Shown: piece after piece, positions 1 to 12,060 of the stretch
Layout: every line of letters begins with the position of its first letter
How positions within the stretch are numbered: position 1 is the first letter of the stretch
Origin: Nemertoderma westbladi
Lineage: Eukaryota; Animalia; Xenacoelomorpha
Direction: 5' to 3'
DNA: 64,000 nt
NCBI GenBank assembly: GCA_032718475.1
Contig: JAUCBJ010007680.1
Coordinates: forward strand, 77,264 to 141,263
Translations under genes and position numbers: made by a program
The notes under the pieces: model-generated
What the model was told of the DNA's origin: nothing
Databases searched by the model: none
What the model saw: the letters and a program-made list of their open reading frames with translations, nothing else

Positions 1-1667
1 GGTTTCTTCCTTATCAACCAGGAGGCTCACATGGAAATCATAAAGCGGAGGCTACCGTTTACCTATCAAGAGGTAGCAACGGCGGCGTCGTATGCCGGAG
101 TGATGAACACACAAAGATATTTGGACAGGTGGACGCCACAGAACCGAGGGGAGTTTAGGGATTTCTTGGCGGAGCACGTACCGCAAGCAATGAAGATGAT
201 CCTATGGGACGCCACCAGAGGGAGACAACAGGGCCACTCTGAGGGGCCACCGGCGAAGCGATATCGGGCACTAATAACACCAGCGCCCAAGGAGCCAACA
301 ACCGGAATCAGCAGGGAGGTGGCGGCGAAGGTCCGAAAGCAGAAAGCGGATCCCAGAGGAGCGGTGGTAACCAAGAAACGACCCAGGGAAGAGGACGCCA
401 GGGGGAACTATCCCCAGAGGAACAGATAGGTTCCCAGAGCCGAGGGAGAGAAACTGAGGCTTGGACGTGGTACGCCTGGAAGGCGCCGCGTGGGACGTAC
501 GAACTATTAAGTACAAATTTAATTAATGCAAATAATCATATAAGTGCAATTTGTATGTACGTACGTAGTAATTAGTAATCTACAAATACATACGTTCGGA
601 GTAAGTACTATAGTCATACAACCTTTCTCAATTAGCTACTGGGACTGGGGGGTAAACTGACTATGGCACTATGGACGAGACACCAGACAATTTCACACTT
701 CTTGAGTGCGACGGCACAAAAGGGGGGGGGGAGATTCGTCAGGAGAGATGAGGTAGTCAAAGTGGGGTTGAGGGACGCAGTAATAGTGCGAAGTGCGGAG
801 AGAGTGCAGACGCAATTCTAGTGTGAGGGGGGGGGGAATAAGAGGCCGAGTGAGGGACGAGGAGGTCCGAGGGTATGAGAGAATTGGGGTGAGAGTGGAG
901 AAGAGATAGGGCGAAAGTGTTGGGGAAACAAAAGTCGCGTGCGAGGTGAGCGCGATCGGCCCGACATGAGACGCCAGGCATACAGGGTAGCGTTATCATA
1001 CCCACAGGGAGCGGCCTGGAAAGCCGGCTCCGAGAGAAAAGAATTCCACCCCACACCCGATACTAGATCGGGATCCAGCGGGATTGTAGCGCACTTAAGG
1101 TGGATGCTATCTTCTCACCGGGAAGATAGCATGGGGGGGAGTGTTAGCTTATTCAATCCCGCTAACACCCCATAAAGTTAAGCCGATAAGCAATATTGGG
1201 GGCCACGAGATTGGGTAATCAATCACTCGTGCCACCCCAATAAAATGGGAAGGAGAAACACAATGAGGGTCAGGGGCCAAACCCCAAACCCAGAGAGAAC
1301 AGGTGGAGTGAACGGGAACACTCCAAAGGGCGCCAACAAGGGTATCAACCAATCAGAGGGGGGAAAGGCATCGATTAGGTAGAGTAACAAGGCCAACCCG
1401 TGCAGTATAGCCAGTTGGCAGTAATCATTTCATTCAGTTATCTCAGTATCATATTGGTGCTAGTTAGGTTAGATAGTTTAGCTAGGGAAGGACCGGGACT
1501 TTAGTTACCGTATCCCGCCTTCCGTGTACGACAATCCATATCTATATCTATATCTTTATACCAGTTATTATACACAACGAACGACACGAACTCATTTACT
1601 TTCACACACGGCGGGGACGCGTAAACTAACACCGGATAAACCGGGATCCTTCCTGGATCCCGTCACA
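1..1667 (+). mobile_element. 3' remnant of a probable LTR (Gypsy-like) retrotransposon: end of an internal ORF, polypurine tracts and a ~0.85-kb LTR
   Basis: GC/purine-rich ORF end (31-429); G-run purine tracts at ~718-734 and ~826-838; tgtga at ~822 and tcaca at 1663-1667 form a TG...CA inverted terminus; abrupt switch to AT-rich DNA afterwards. No RT or integrase motif in the window, and the LTR start is uncertain. Confidence 0.5.
31..429 (+). CDS. C-terminal part of an unidentified ORF of the putative LTR element (probably starts upstream of the window)
   Basis: 132-aa basic ORF with coding-like composition; no motif recognised. Confidence 0.3.
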   Translation: MEIIKRRLPFTYQEVATAASYAGVMNTQRYLDRWTPQNRGEFRDFLAEHVPQAMKMILWDATRGRQQGHSEGPPAKRYRALITPAPKEPTTGISREVAAKVRKQKADPRGAVVTKKRPREEDARGNYPQRNR

Positions 1668-1694
1668 AAAACACCCCAGTGGTAATAGGGTTAA
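1668..1694 (-). mobile_element. piggyBac-like terminal fragment (right end plus TTAA), truncated by the LTR element
   Basis: Reverse complement reads TTAA-CCCTATTACCACTGGGGTGTTT, matching TTAA-CCCTTATAGCACTGGGGTGTTT at 2909. Confidence 0.55.
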
Positions 1695-3074
1695 CATCGT
1701 TCCAATCATAGTTTTTAAAGGCGGCCTATTTCTGTATTTAATACTGTAATATTACCGGTAACCTATTATTACCGTAGCTGATTAGGACTATATTAAAACA
1801 TTATCATTATTTGCTTCTCAAACCGGGACGACCTGAACTGTGAACGGTGAAAACAATCAGACAATGTAACGGTTTACTGGTTTACTAGGCTGTGTATTTC
1901 TTGTTTATTAAAGGTTTATCATATTAAAAGAAAAAAAAATCATAAAAAAAAAATCAAAAAAAACGGTTTACTTGTGAGTATTTTTTAACACAATATTTAA
2001 CGAATATAATACACATCCAAATAATTACTTAGCTACGTTAATTATTTTTATTGTTACAGATAACTGAAATATTATATTTTATATTGACCAATCAACTGCG
2101 CTTGACAACTGTTGCTGTGTTATGGCTGACGTCAATTGCGCAAGTTCTTAAAGCGTCCCGATTTTTCGATGTTGCTATTTTTGCGTTTTAAAATCGCTAT
2201 AACTCGGCCAATATTAATTTTTTGAAGTAAAATGGCTCTCTGGGGTTTTTTCACATGATTTTTCACATTAAACAACAAAAACTCAAATAAAATTTTTTGA
2301 GTCGCCTACCCCATTGCTATTAATTAATTTACATACAATGAAATGTAAAAGTTAGATGCTAATGCTACACTATTGAAATTATTAGTAATTGTTATCACTA
2401 AATCCAAATATTGATTTCAATTTGAGTCAATTGATTAAATTTAACGGTCAATTACAAAGATAAGTTGATACTCTACATTCAAGTTTCTTTCGGAGGACTG
2501 TGTCACTGGCAATCAATAATTATGCACAATAAATTATATTGCCGTTGCATTTTAAGCGCTGGCTGGATGGAAATTACTTGGGGCTGTTGTTAGGTGACTG
2601 CAGCTCAGCATCCTACTTGTCTTGTTTTACAAGTAACACGAATACCGGCAATAAATCTGTTTTTTAATTTATATCTCACATATCTGCAAACCATATGCCC
2701 GTTTCGTCCAGTATGTTCAGTCAGTTCAGTTCGTATCAGTATCAGACTTCCCAACAGTAGGCCTACCAAAGAATTAAAATATTTAGTAGTCCATGAGTTT
2801 AAGCCAATCACAGAGTAGGAATTTCTTCCAAATATCCCGGTAACTTAAGTATTGTGAAAATGTCCCGCTCCCAACTAATGAAGAAATGTCTCCATTAATT
2901 AACGTACGTTAACCCTTATAGCACTGGGGTGTTTATGTAAACCATTAGCAGCACTGGGGATAGTTATAAAACCCGAAAATAATGAAAAATACGAAATTAT
3001 CAACGGAAATATCGAAATTATCAAACAATCTGTAAAATCTCGCTTTCCAGTACGATAGGTATTATTAGAAGGCA

Positions 3075-3782
3075 GAGCATCACCTCGACCTTTCTCCTCG
3101 TGAGTTCCGGGATGCGGTGGCCATCCGCTATGGTCGGCCCCTCGCCTCGGTTCCGAGCCGGTGCGATGGGTGCGGGGCCCCCTTCGATCTTAACCACGGG
3201 TTATATTGCAAGAAAGGAGGTCTCGTCATCCAGCGCCACAATGAGCTACGGGACGTTGTGGGCGACCTGGCGGCGGCGGCGTTCGGGCCTCGCAATGTTA
3301 CTTGCGAGCCGGTCGTTCGGGAGCAGCAGGGGGTCGACGGAGCTTCTGGTCTTCGGTGTGACGTGGGCATTCGGGGGGCGTTTAACCCACAGACCCAGGC
3401 GTTGATCGACATCAGGTTGGATAACCTTGACGCCGGGTCTTACGCGGGGCGCTCCCCGATGTCAGTCCTCGAGTCAGCCGAAGACGAGAAGAAGCGGCTC
3501 TACTCCGACGCAGTCTGGGCACGGCGTGGCGACTTCTCGCCATACGTCGCCTCCTGCGACGGAGTGTTGGCCCCCCAAGCGGACAAGCTCCTCAGGACCA
3601 TTGCCCAGAAGCTCCACCGGACGTGGGCGAGACCCTACAGCATGGTGATGGGGTGGGTCCGTACCCGGGTCCAGCTGGCTATCGTTCGCGGGGCTTCCCA
3701 TTGCCTTAGAGGGTCGCGGACGAAATGGCGTAGCGGGCTCGGGCTGGACGACGGCGCTGGGATGCCAGGTGGCTTTGTGTGA
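3075..3782 (+). CDS. C-terminal zinc knuckle plus RLE endonuclease fragment of a CRE-like retrotransposon
   Basis: The frame is open from the insertion boundary (EHHLDLSPREFRDAVAIRYG), then CDGC-x7-H-x3-C, RHNELRD, RCDV...LIDI, EKKRLY and the CLRGSR C-terminus typical of RLE elements. No true start codon. Confidence 0.8.
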   Translation, partial: EHHLDLSPREFRDAVAIRYGRPLASVPSRCDGCGAPFDLNHGLYCKKGGLVIQRHNELRDVVGDLAAAAFGPRNVTCEPVVREQQGVDGASGLRCDVGIRGAFNPQTQALIDIRLDNLDAGSYAGRSPMSVLESAEDEKKRLYSDAVWARRGDFSPYVASCDGVLAPQADKLLRTIAQKLHRTWARPYSMVMGWVRTRVQLAIVRGASHCLRGSRTKWRSGLGLDDGAGMPGGFV

Positions 3783-3954
3783 CAGGTGGTGTTGGTGCTA
3801 ATATTTTGCTAATCCATTAACAAACGTTTTGCTAAAACATTTTGCTGTGTGGTATTGTATGTAATAAATCTATGGTGCATTTATTAGTTTACTGATTTAA
3901 ATATTCCACTTTAATTGTATTATTGAAAGTTATTAATAATAATAATAAATTTCC
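3075..3954 (+). mobile_element. 5'-truncated CRE-like non-LTR retrotransposon with a restriction-like endonuclease
   Basis: Perfect 14-bp TSD ATTATTAGAAGGCA at 3061-3074 and 3955-3968; (AAT)n 3' tail at ~3935-3948; GC-rich ORF with CCHC and PD-(D/E)xK motifs. Confidence 0.85.
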
Positions 3955-4079
3955 ATTATTAGAAGGCACACTTTACATTTTTTAATTTATAAAATCTGAT
4001 AATTTCGCCAAAAATTTCGACCTTAAAAGATAATTTAATACCAAATACTGTCTGCTGGTTGGTTGTTGAGTGTTGACCA

Positions 4080-6253
4080 ATAGCGGCTTGGATGAATCAA
4101 TTCAGCATCAGCTGATCAGTGTTCTGGTGTATTACAAGCATGGTACAGCCGGAAGGGGTAAAGTTGAAGGAAGCGGCCCGGTCAGCCGATACCCTAACCC
4201 AACACTGCACACGCATTACGGCCTACGGTGCCTTAGTGTTACAGGTGTACACTGTACGTACAGTGACTGGCCGGCAAGTGGAGCTACTACAAGCAGCTAC
4301 TGATAGACCTATATAAGACCGAAATGACCTATAAAAGGCGCAGAAAGAGTCCCGACTCAAACAGACTACAGCGGCCAAGAATGCAGAAGGCTGCATCTAG
4401 GTCCCTGAACAGGCAGTACTCTGTTAATCTACAGGAGCTAATAAACCAACAGGTTGATGCCATCAATGATGCTGACGACAGCAGGCCATCATCCCAGGCA
4501 TGGAAATCGATCAACTTGCTTACTGGGCGGAAAAGCCAACCAACCACCAAGGTTAAGGCTGAATCACCAGCCGATCGCCTCAATGGTTGGAAGGTCCACT
4601 TTGAAAAGCTCCTCAATAATGACAGGGTATTGCCTGATAACTTTATAGAAGTAAAAGTGTCTGAGTCTGTACTCCCAGATATTCCCATTGGCGATATCTC
4701 CTTTGTAGAAGTGAAGGCTGCTGCAAAGAGCATTAAGATCAATCGTGCCAGTGGAGTAGATGGTGTTCCCCCTGAGGTCTTTAAAATACCTGAGTGTGTA
4801 AAGCTCATCTATCCCATCATAGTAGACATGTACCGAACAACAAGAGTCCCACAAGAAATTAAAACAAATAAGTTGGTGCCAGTTCCCAAGAAGGGCAACC
4901 TAACACTCTATGGTTCTTTTCGGGGAATCTCATTGATCTCGATTGCTGCAAAGCTATACAATAGAATTCTATCAGGGATCAGGAAATCAGAATGGGTTCC
5001 GTAAAGGTCGTGGGACCATGGAGACCATTTGAAGGATAATTAAAGAGTTATCAAAAAAGAAAGACAGGCACCTGGCTGTTATCTTTATTGACTTTTTCAA
5101 GGCCTTTGATTCAGTCTCCCGCTCACGTATTTTCAGCATACTTTCATTATATGGGATTCCTGATGAAATTATTGCAGCAATCAGATCAATATACGATGGT
5201 TCGACAACATTTGTGTCTACTGTTGATGGTGACACAGAACCATTTGAAGTGTTATGGGGCGTCCTCCAGGGAGACACACTTGCCCCATTCTTGTTCATAA
5301 TTGTGGTTGACTATGTTCTACCCATGTCCTTAGATCATCATAATGATGATGGGGTGATGATAACTCCACCGACTGGCTCCAGAAGTCGAGGAAATCCTGC
5401 CAAGTACCTAACTGATCTAGACTTTGCTGATGACTTAGGAGTACTCTCAGAATCACTAGAGGGAGCCCAACGGCTCCTCAGCTCATTAGAACATGCTGCT
5501 TCTAGTGTTGGTCTTTTTATTAACTCCAGACAGTCCAAAATTTTGACAGTTAACTTTGAAAGTTCTCAGCAAGTCTCTGATCGGATGAGCATAAGCTCAA
5601 AGGATGGTATGCCTGAGCATGTGGACGACTTCTGTTACCTGTGATCATGGATCCGGAAGTCAGGTGAGGACCTTCGAATACGTAAGGGAAAGGCATGGGC
5701 AGCCTTGAATAGGCTTTCCAGGATTTGGAAGTCAACGATAATTAATCGGAAAGTTAAGGTCCGATTATTTAGAGCAGCAGTAGTTCCAGTACTCCTGTAT
5801 GGGAGTCCATGCTGGGCTCTAACTGCTAAGGACACCAAATCTCTGGATGGCACATTCACAAGAATGCTACGCCGGGTTCATTGTGTCAAGTACAATGCAC
5901 ACATCTCCAACCAGACACTATATAACATTGGAGGTGTCTCATTGGTTCCCCCAAGCTTGACACTAGAACAATATCGCCACCGCTTTGCAGGACATTGCTT
6001 TCGCCGTGAGGACCAGCCAGTGCATAATCTTGTACTTTGGCAGCCTCCTGGAGTGAATAAGCATGGTGGACAGCCCATGATTTTCTTGAGACGCATCTTA
6101 AAGGACACTGGCCTTGAATATGCGGATGATCTAGCAAATGTCATGGGTGATAGGGAGTTGTGGCGGCGCAATTTTGTCGACAAGCCGGCACAGCATTCTT
6201 AAAAATGCAGCTGCAATGCAGCATGCCGATACTACTAGTAGTAGTAGTAGTAA
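4080..6253 (+). pseudogene. Degenerate RTE-clade non-LTR retrotransposon (reverse transcriptase split by frameshifts and stops)
   Basis: ASGVDGVPPE, VPVPKKGN, FRGISL, DFFKAFDSV, LQGDTLAPFLF, DFADD and RFAGHCFR across ORFs 4324-5004, 5213-5644 and 5705-6202; (AGT)n tail at ~6237-6253. The 5' boundary is approximate. Confidence 0.85.
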
Positions 6254-6469
6254 ATGGATCGGCACGGCGGCCGGGTTTGAACAGGTTAACGTAAACGTAG
6301 CTTCAGTACTGCAGTCCAGCAGCCACAATGCAGTAACTGCAGTAGGGCTACACTCTGACTGTAGGCCTACTGTCATAATTTGAGTGCCATCTTGTGGTGT
6401 TTTTCCATTATTGGATTACCCCTAACAACCAAACAGCGCTACTGTAGTTGGTATTAAATTACTCTATGG

Positions 6470-6632
6470 GGCGAAATTATCGGATTTTATTAATGAAAAA
6501 ATTTAAAGTTGTATCTTCGAATAATCCCTATCGTACTGGAAAGCGAGATTTTATTTTTAAAGTCTTATAATTTCGATATTTTCGTTAATAATTTCGTATT
6601 TTTCTTTATTTTCGGGTTTTATAACTATCCCA
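6470..6632 (-). repeat. Inverted, uninterrupted copy of the piggyBac-like arm at 2950-4010
   Basis: Reverse complement reads GGGATAGTTATAAAACCCGAAAATAA...AAATCTCGCTTTCCAGTACGATAGGGATTATTCGAAGATACAACTTTA...GATAATTTCGCC, the same arm without the CRE insert. Confidence 0.8.
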
Positions 6633-6889
6633 GCACTGGCGGGGGGGCGATTCGCCCCCACCCCCCCCCCCCCCCCCCCCCCACTGTATTTTAGTAATCG
6701 TCCAACGAATTCCACAAAATTTGGACTGTAGGTGAAAAAATTATCGCTGAACATTTCCTAACCTTAAAAAAATAAAATTTGATAAGCGGGGTATAATAAT
6801 TTTCATGATAATAGAAGTAGACCCAGGACCAAATTTAAAATTTTTGTTTTTTTAAAAACTAATGGTGTGGCTTTATTGTCTAACTCTTG

Positions 6890-7240
6890 TAGGTTTTTCA
6901 CAGACGCTGAAGCGAATGCGATTATATTTCATTCTCAAAAATTAAGCGGTATGCTATTTTTCGTGCACCTAAGAAGTGGCGCGTGGCACTTCAAATTTTA
7001 AAAAATATGAGATCCGGAAAAGGCCGCCATGTTTTGATTTCAGCGCATTTTTATAGGTGTTTTGAATCGCTGAATCGATCAGATTACTCTAAAAACATGT
7101 CTACCTAGTGGCAGCTCATTCTCATTTTTGGTACAGCAAAATTAGGGCGTGTGGTACCTCAAATTTAGAAATATTCAAGATTCTGAAAATACCCCCAAGT
7201 TTCGATTTCAACGCATTTTAACAGGTATTCTGGGTCGCAG
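6890..7240. repeat. Imperfect ~170-bp tandem duplication, probably internal to a DNA transposon
   Basis: GCGTGGCACTTCAAATTT...GATTTCAGCGCATTTTTATAGGT is echoed by GTGTGGTACCTCAAATTT...GATTTCAACGCATTTTAACAGGT. Confidence 0.45.
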
Positions 7241-7429
7241 GTGTAGAATTCTGGGTGTAGATTTCTCATTAATCAATTTAATAGATCACACCTACCAATT
7301 TTTAGTTGAATCTGATGGTTGGTTGTAAAATTATAGCTGTTTCTAGATTTCTTTCAATTCGCTCCCTAGCTAGCGGCAGGCAGATAAACGATATTAGTCT
7401 GCCTGTGTGTATATAATTGATATAATAAT

Positions 7430-7612
7430 GATTGACTACATTTCTAACAAGTTTAGTTCTATTTCATCAATATTGACCGATTTATTAGCGTTCAAACATT
7501 TCCAACGACGACAACGATAGTAGGTCCTCTGGTCGTTAGGCCGTCCAGGAAGTCGTTTGGTCCTGCGCCAATAGTTCCAGCGACTAGGCCCTGCGTCGTA
7601 AGGACCTGCATA
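7430..7612 (+). mobile_element. Possible Helentron-associated (HINE/DINE-like) element 3' end
   Basis: Short (ACG)n-like microsatellite at ~7503-7517, then a GC-rich stem closed by AGGTCCT...AGGACCT with an inner GTCGTTTGG/CCAGCGAC stem. Confidence 0.3.
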
Positions 7613-8393
7613 AGCAGTAGGTAGCTATTTCTATTAACAGCTGATTACAACGTCTAATAGGTGAAATCGCTCATGAGGCCTTAGAAATTCTGGATAAAAT
7701 TCCACCAATCCCATCACCGCTACGTATTTACGCGGGAAGAATCAGAGTCGGCCGTTTCTGTACGGGACCCTCCAGAATTAGATTACGAGAACGCTCGATC
7801 GATAATTACCGCGCGTTGTCAATTAAAAAGAAAGACACTGATATCGTGAGTGATGGGAACTCCAATATCAGTGTTTCATCTAACTGTGATGACATACGAA
7901 AAAAATATCAGAACTTTAATCAGATCTTTAATAAATTTCACCAAAACTATTTTCAAATTTTCTTGTTTTACTTTTTTCGCCTGGAAATCAATGCAATCAC
8001 AGCAATGGTTACTTTTTTCCTTTTTCTTGGAATTTTGAGATATATTCGAACGAAAAAGAAACAAGTTAAGAATAAAAATTTTAATTTAATACGACTACAC
8101 AACACAAGAAAATAAATTCAATTATATGGCACAAAATTGCACTACAAAATAGGTGAGGAGAGGAGAAGCATACGATGTGCTACTAATGACATAAATATAT
8201 ATGTATGTATATAAACACAAAAATAAACATATCAAACCAATGAATACTAGCTAAATAAGAAACATTAAGGGAATTACTACACAGTCTGATTTGTGTCGCA
8301 TGTAACCTTGTTTTTGATGAATAATAACTTTAATGAATATGTTACCGGTACATTACTGTATATCAACTTATCAACGTTCTGGTGACGTTCTTG

Positions 8394-11300
8394 ATTTTGT
8401 TCTTATAGTTCCATCCGTGGCTACATTTTATTCTTATAGTTCCATCCGTGGCTACATTTTGTTCTTATAGTTCCGCCCGTTTCTACATTTTGTTCCTATA
8501 GTTCCATCCGTGGCTACATTTTGTTCTTATAGTTCCATCCGTGGCTACATTCTGTTATTATAGTTCCACCCGTATCTACATTTTGTTCTTATAGTTCCAT
8601 CCGTGTCTACATTCTGTTACTATAGTTCCGCCCGTATCTACATTTTGTTCCTATAGTTCCACCCGTGTCTACATTTTGTTCCTATAGTTCCATCCGTGGC
8701 TACATTTTGTTCCTATAGTTCCATCCGTGGCTACATTTTGTTCTTATAGTTCCATCCGTGTTTACATTTTGTTCTTATAGTTCCATCCGTGGCTACATTT
8801 TGTTCCTATAGTTCCATCCGTGGCTACATTTTGTTCCTATAGTTCCACCCGTGTCTACATTTTGTTCCTATAGTTCCATCCGTGGCTACATTCTGTTACT
8901 ATAGTTCCGCCCGTATCTACATTTTGTTCCTATAGTTCCACCCGTGTCTACATTTTGTTCCTATAGTTCCATCCGTGGCTACATTTTGTTCCTATAGTTC
9001 CATCCGTGGCTACATTTTGTTCCTATAGTTCCATCCGTGGCTACATTTTGTTCCTATAGTTCCATCCGTGGCTACATTTTGTTCTTATAGTTCCACCCAT
9101 GTCTACATTTTGTTCTTATAGTTCCATCCGTGTCTACATTCTGTTATTATAGTTCCGCCCGTATCTACATTTTGTTCCTATAGTTCCATCCGTGGCTAAA
9201 TTTTATTCTTATAGTTCCATCCGTGGCTACATTTTGTTCTTATAGTTCCACCCGTGTCTACATTTTGTTCCTATAGTTCCACCCGTGTCTACATTTTGTT
9301 CCTATAGTTCCACCCGTGTCTACATTTTGTTCTTATAGTTCCATCCGTGGCTACATTTTGTTCTTATAGTTCCATCCGTGGCTACATTTTGTTCTTATAG
9401 TTCCGCCCGTTTCTACATTTTGTTCCTATAGTTCCATCCGTGGCTACATTTTGTTCTTATAGTTCCACCCGTGTCTACATTTTGTTCTTATAGTTCCATC
9501 CGTGGCTACATTTTATTCTTATAGTTCCATCCGTGGCTACATTTTGTTCTTATAGTTCCGCCCGTTTCTACATTTTGTTCCTATAGTTCCATCCGTGGCT
9601 ACATTTTGTTCTTATAGTTCCATCCGTGGCTACATTCTGTTATTATAGTTCCACCCGTATCTACATTTTGTTCTTATAGTTCCATCCGTGTCTACATTCT
9701 GTTACTATAGTTCCGCCCGTATCTACATTTTGTTCCTATAGTTCCACCCGTGTCTACATTTTGTTCCTATAGTTCCATCCGTGGCTACATTTTGTTCCTA
9801 TAGTTCCATCCGTGGCTACATTTTGTTCCTATAGTTCCACCCGTGTCTACATTTTGTTCCTATAGTTCCATCCGTGGCTACATTCTGTTACTATAGTTCC
9901 GCCCGTATCTACATTTTGTTCCTATAGTTCCACCCGTGTCTACATTTTGTTCCTATAGTTCCATCCGTGGCTACATTTTGTTCCTATAGTTCCATCCGTG
10001 GCTACATTTTGTTCCTATAGTTCCATCCGTGGCTACATTTTGTTCCTATAGTTCCATCCGTGGCTACATTTTGTTCTTATAGTTCCACCCATGTCTACAT
10101 TTTGTTCTTATAGTTCCATCCGTGTCTACATTCTGTTATTATAGTTCCGCCCGTATCTACATTTTGTTCCTATAGTTCCATCCGTGGCTAAATTTTATTC
10201 TTATAGTTCCATCCGTGGCTACATTTTGTTCTTATAGTTCCACCCGTGTCTACATTTTGTTCCTATAGTTCCACCCGTGTCTACATTTTGTTCCTATAGT
10301 TCCACCCGTGTCTACATTTTGTTCTTATAGTTCCATCCGTGGCTACATTTTGTTCTTATAGTTCCATCCGTGGCTACATTTTGTTCTTATAGTTCCGCCC
10401 GTTTCTACATTTTGTTCCTATAGTTCCATCCGTGGCTACATTTTGTTCTTATAGTTCCACCCGTGTCTACATTTTGTTCTTATAGTTCCATCCGTGGCTA
10501 CATTTTATTCTTATAGTTCCATCCGTGGCTACATTTTGTTCTTATAGTTCCGCCCGTTTCTACATTTTGTTCCTATAGTTCCATCCGTGGCTACATTTTG
10601 TTCTTATAGTTCCATCCGTGGCTACATTCTGTTATTATAGTTCCACCCGTATCTACATTTTGTTCTTATAGTTCCATCCGTGTCTACATTCTGTTACTAT
10701 AGTTCCGCCCGTATCTACATTTTGTTCCTATAGTTCCACCCGTGTCTACATTTTGTTCCTATAGTTCCATCCGTGGCTACATTTTGTTCCTATAGTTCCA
10801 TCCGTGGCTACATTTTGTTCTTATAGTTCCATCCGTGTTTACATTTTGTTCTTATAGTTCCATCCGTGGCTACATTTTGTTCCTATAGTTCCATCCGTGG
10901 CTACATTTTGTTCCTATAGTTCCACCCGTGTCTACATTTTGTTCCTATAGTTCCATCCGTGGCTACATTCTGTTACTATAGTTCCGCCCGTATCTACATT
11001 TTGTTCCTATAGTTCCACCCGTGTCTACATTTTGTTCCTATAGTTCCATCCGTGGCTACATTTTGTTCCTATAGTTCCATCCGTGGCTACATTTTGTTCC
11101 TATAGTTCCATCCGTGGCTACATTTTGTTCCTATAGTTCCATCCGTGGCTACATTTTGTTCCTATAGTTCCATCCGTGGCTACATTTTGTTCCTATAGTT
11201 CCATCCGTGGCTACATTTTGTTCCTATAGTTCCATCCGTGGCTACAATTTGTTCCTATAGTTCCATCCGTGGCTACATTTTGTTCCTATAGTTCCATCCG

Positions 11301-11472
11301 TGTCTACATTCTGTTATTATAGTTCCGCCCGTATCTTACATTTTTTTCCTATAGTTCCACCTGTGTCTACGTTCCTATAGTTCCGCCCGCGGCTATATTT
11401 TCTTATAATTCCGCCTGCGTTTCATTTTGTTATTATAATCAAAATGTTCTACAGAACAAGCAATATTGATTC
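8394..11472. repeat. 31-bp satellite array 1 (~97 monomers) with degenerate terminal units and a unique right end
   Basis: Consensus TAGTTCC(A/G)(T/C)CCGT(G/A)(G/T)CTACATTTTGTTC(T/C)TA, period 31; rare variants recur at 1085-bp and 992-bp spacing. Confidence 0.98.
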
Positions 11473-11960
11473 CCGAATATTAATTGTTATTTAAATATAT
11501 TCCGGTAGCTACTGTAACATCTTTTAAAAAAAATTGCAAAATTAGATAGTATAAAAATTGTTATAGAACAAAATATATTTGGGGCCCTTTGTATTTGTGC
11601 CTCAAAGGAGGTGGGTTTTCAACCTGGGAGTCTGATAAAATTCGAACAAACATCATTGTGTAAAAAATTTCGGTGTTGTAATCCGAGTGTATTTATGTAC
11701 CGAGCGAGCAATGCGGGGAAGATTCATATAAATATACCCTAGCCACAAAAACTAGCTACAGTAGTATAAAAAAAATTGAAGGTGGGTGGCCCAAAACATA
11801 GTAGTAAACCTACCAACAATAATACACTTAGAGCAATGAAGGATACCGAACACTGTGCACAAGACATGTTCAAGGAGTCAGGAAGTTGTTTATAACTGAT
11901 TGATTACTATGCAGCATAACAAGGAGGATATCAACTGAACGATAAATCAAAGCAAACATA

Positions 11961-12060
11961 GCCCCTATTGGGGCTCGAACCCTGTACCTAGGTTTCAAAC
12001 TTCCGGTTATCATCAGCCGAGTGTGTCTCCTAAGACCACTGAGCTACCAGGGCGGTAGAA
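11961..12060 (-). ncRNA. tRNA-like Pol III cassette containing a minimal type I hammerhead ribozyme (copy 1)
   Basis: Reverse complement has A box TAGCTCAGTGG, ACTCGG-CTGATGA-T-AACC-GGAA-GTTT-GAA-ACCTAGGT-A-CAGGGT, and B box GGTTCGAGCCC; helix I has one mismatch. Confidence 0.7.

Larger units (their letters stand above)
2909..4010 (+). mobile_element. Left arm of a non-autonomous piggyBac-like element, interrupted by a CRE-like insertion
   Basis: TTAA followed by CCCT at 2909-2916; 2950-3074 joined to 3969-4010 matches 6470-6632 in inverted orientation. Confidence 0.6.

Noticed and set aside
6640-6682. Poly-C/G runs (also ~13947-13966 and ~53315-53336) as functional G-quadruplex elements
   Set aside because: They are simple homopolymers within or beside repeat debris, their lengths are unreliable, and nothing else supports a function.
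8360-8400. TIR pairing between the left flank of array 1 and the shared right terminus
   Set aside because: Only patchy matches (ATCAA, GTTCTG, TTGATT) in AT-rich DNA and no TSD found.
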